In this document: positions 53,201-55,268 of the stretch, in pieces
Layout: each line of letters begins with the position of its first letter
Numbering within the stretch: the first letter of the stretch is position 1
Origin: Macrostomum lignano
Lineage: Eukaryota
NCBI GenBank assembly: GCA_002269645.1
Contig: NIVC01004206.1
Coordinates: 1-55,268 of the forward strand
Length of the DNA stretch: 55,268 bases
Direction of reading: 5' to 3'
The notes under the pieces: generated by a model
What the model was told of the DNA's origin: nothing
Databases searched by the model: none
The model's input: the letters and a program-made list of their open reading frames with translations, nothing else
Made by a program: the position numbers and the translations under genes

Positions 53201-55071
53201 TCCCTCAGTGTCTCCCTCAGTGTCTCCCTCAGCGTCTCCCTCAGTGTCTTTCTCAGCGTCTCCCTCAGTGTCTTCCTCAGTGTCTCCCTTAGTGTCTCCC
53301 TCAGTGTCTCCCTCAGTGTCTCCCTCAGCGTCTCCCTCAGTGTCTTTCTCAGCGTCTCCCTCAGTGCCTCCAGTGTCTCCTTCATTGCCTCCCCAGTGTC
53401 TTTCTCAGTGTCTCCCTCAGTGTCTTCCTCAGTGTCTCCCTCAGTGTCTTCCTCAGTGCCTCCAGTGTCTCCTTCATTGCCTCCCCAGTGTCTTTCTCAG
53501 TGTCTCCCTCAGCGTCTCCCTCAGTGTTCCCCTCAGTGTCTCCCTTAGTTTCTACCCCAGTGTCTCCCTCAGTGTCTCCTTAATTTACAGCTAAAGTGGC
53601 CCGTGATTGCAGTTGCTACCCGATTGCTTACATCAATTGCGAGGTTCTCCAGGGCGCGACCGTAATCGCCTTTAGCGCGGAGAACAGCAGTCCTAGATTT
53701 CTGTGCAGCTGCGACTTGATGGCGTTGGACGGGTTGTCAGTTTTCAGCACAGTCCACTGAGCCTGGGACAGGTACTCCTCAGCCTGGCTGAGCCGCTGCA
53801 GACCGATGCTGGCCTCACCAAGGATCAGGTAAGACGGCACCAGCTCCACGCTGCTGCTGCCGTGCACATCGATGGCGAACTTCAACGATTGCAGAGCGGC
53901 TGGGACGGCCTCCTCGAAGTGATTCTCGAACAGCAACTTCTGACCGGTGGTGCGGGTGATGACGATCATGCGCAACTGTTGCTGGATCAGCTCCTCGCGC
54001 TTCTCCCGCCTGTCCTTCTCCGAGGTCAGGAAGGGCACCGGCTTGCGCAGCACCGCTAACTCGTCGCAAATCTTGGCGTGGATGCCGATCCAGTCCGCGC
54101 GCTGGTGCTCGGGGCCGCTGAGAACGGGGAGGAAAGGGATATGACTAAGTATCCATGGCGTTCGTTTCGGGCTCAAAAGTGGTTGTGAGATTTGCGGAAT
54201 CATAAGCATGTACGTTTAGCATTTCTATCGGATTTTACAAAGCCTTGCAAAAAATTTAAGTGCTAGTAGAAAACTAGTGAAAAGAGTAAAACATTATTTA
54301 AGAAACCAAACTTTTAAATTAGCAAATGCAAGTTTTTATGAGTTCTAAAAAAGAGTAGAGTAAACATTCAGGCATTTTTAATAAATTTATTCAAAAGAAA
54401 ATTAATAAATTTACATCTAGGTTTGCATTTAGATTTACTTTTTATTTAACTCTGCAAGGTGTCAAAAGATATATACGCTCGTATTTATATATCTTTTATA
54501 TAATATCGGTATTATATAAAAGATATATTATTTAAATTATATATCTATAATATCTATATCTATATATAATATTTTAAGAGATTATATGTGCTACACTACT
54601 AATATGGAATTTGTCTCGGCTAAGAAATGTTTCTGCTTTAAAAATGTATAAAAACTTAAATTAAATTATATGACTATCAACTTTGAAAATAATTATTTAC
54701 TCAAGTTTGTTTTTTTATGATTTAGAGGAATATTTTACACTGAAGTTGACTGGAAAGATGTGCGCATACATTTAGAATTATTGCAAAGTTAGAAGCATGG
54801 CCTATCAAATATCGGAAGTATGTTGAGTGCATGAACACAGTCTCAAATGAAATACGTAGATATAATTAATGCTTCCATAAATTACATGAACAGAAACCAA
54901 GCCTTAGCCTTCACAAAGACAAAACCAGAAACCTTACCAGTAGTAAGTGACCCGACACTTCGAGCATTGAATGAAAGCAGGCTTTTGACAAAGCTCGCAC
55001 AATAAGTCAGTGCCTTTAGCATTTGCCAAAGGATACAAAGGAGAAATATTTGCTGGAATCGTGTCAGCCAT
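50219..55071 (-). CDS. ZMYND12: Zinc finger MYND domain-containing protein 12 (ciliary/flagellar TPR-like protein); one frameshift in exon 2 as assembled
   Basis: Exons 55071-54938, 54117-53632, 53014-52892, 52596-52473, 51273-51089 and 50347-50219. MYND finger YPLA...CELCQKPAFIQCSKCRVTYYC|GPEHQRADWIGIHAKIC; AVPAALQSL; SSVELVPSYLILGEAS; QAEEYLSQAQWTVLK; LHRNLGLL; YGTEDIRVSGGYF; DEAQQAEALKIL. All match ZMYND12 as recalled. The exons sum to 1181 nt, not a multiple of 3. Confidence 0.93.
50460..51088. repeat. Two adjacent arrays in ZMYND12 intron 5: 21-bp CAGTCATAATGGCACCCATCT and 22-bp GGCACCCCATACCCTGATAAGT
   Basis: 50460-50875 and 50900-51088. The two share GGCACCC, and the second starts exactly at the donor. 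Confidence 0.95.
52005..52270. repeat. 33-bp minisatellite in ZMYND12 intron 4
   Basis: GGATGCAGTTCCCGTGGATAGACAAGGAAGAGA, about 8 units. Confidence 0.95.
53052..53580. repeat. 12-bp minisatellite TCCCTCAGTGTC in ZMYND12 intron 2
   Basis: Direct tandem units filling most of intron 53015-53631. Confidence 0.96.
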
Positions 55072-55268
55072 GAGTTAAGCTAAAATAGAGCCCTGGTAAA
55101 CGTACATTTACAAAATGATTCGCTAAATTCTATTCAGACTTTCGTTCGAAATATTACACAAGCTATCTCATAGCAACTTACACAGTATAACAAAGCGAAC
55201 CTTTAGCCTTGTCAAAAGTAGTCCCGCAGTGTAATTAATTTAGTCTTAAATTGTGCCTTTAACAATAA

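Overview
Eukaryotic (animal) genomic DNA. GC-rich exons, GT-AG introns and a very high load of locus-specific minisatellites suggest a Macrostomum-type flatworm; this is inferred from sequence style and not verified. I could assemble six spliced genes by hand from splice sites and reading phase: (1) the 3' part of a GnRH/vasopressin-superfamily GPCR (+, 1217-5736); (2) a Van Gogh/Strabismus (Vangl) gene (-, 16594-12907) ending in -NAMV rather than -ETSV; (3) a secreted protein with an agrin-NtA-like domain and a hydrophobic tail (-, 31748-28453); (4) a two-exon orphan class A GPCR (-, 38557-37012); (5) a CYP46-like P450 (+, 44127-47939) with a frameshift; (6) ZMYND12 (-, 55071-50219) with a frameshift. 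Mobile DNA includes tRNA-derived SINEs, a deleted Tc1, a mariner foldback, Gypsy and LINE RT relics and several very small palindromic elements. Most long ORFs in the supplied track are tandem-repeat artefacts. The most striking unexplained pattern is that most introns are inflated by tandem arrays, many of them private to one intron. These arrays often begin or end at or near splice sites, and one forms a ladder of in-frame alternative acceptors. Short motifs (TCATA/TATGA, TAGGCCTA, GATCTC) also form local fields, one of which spans an exon.
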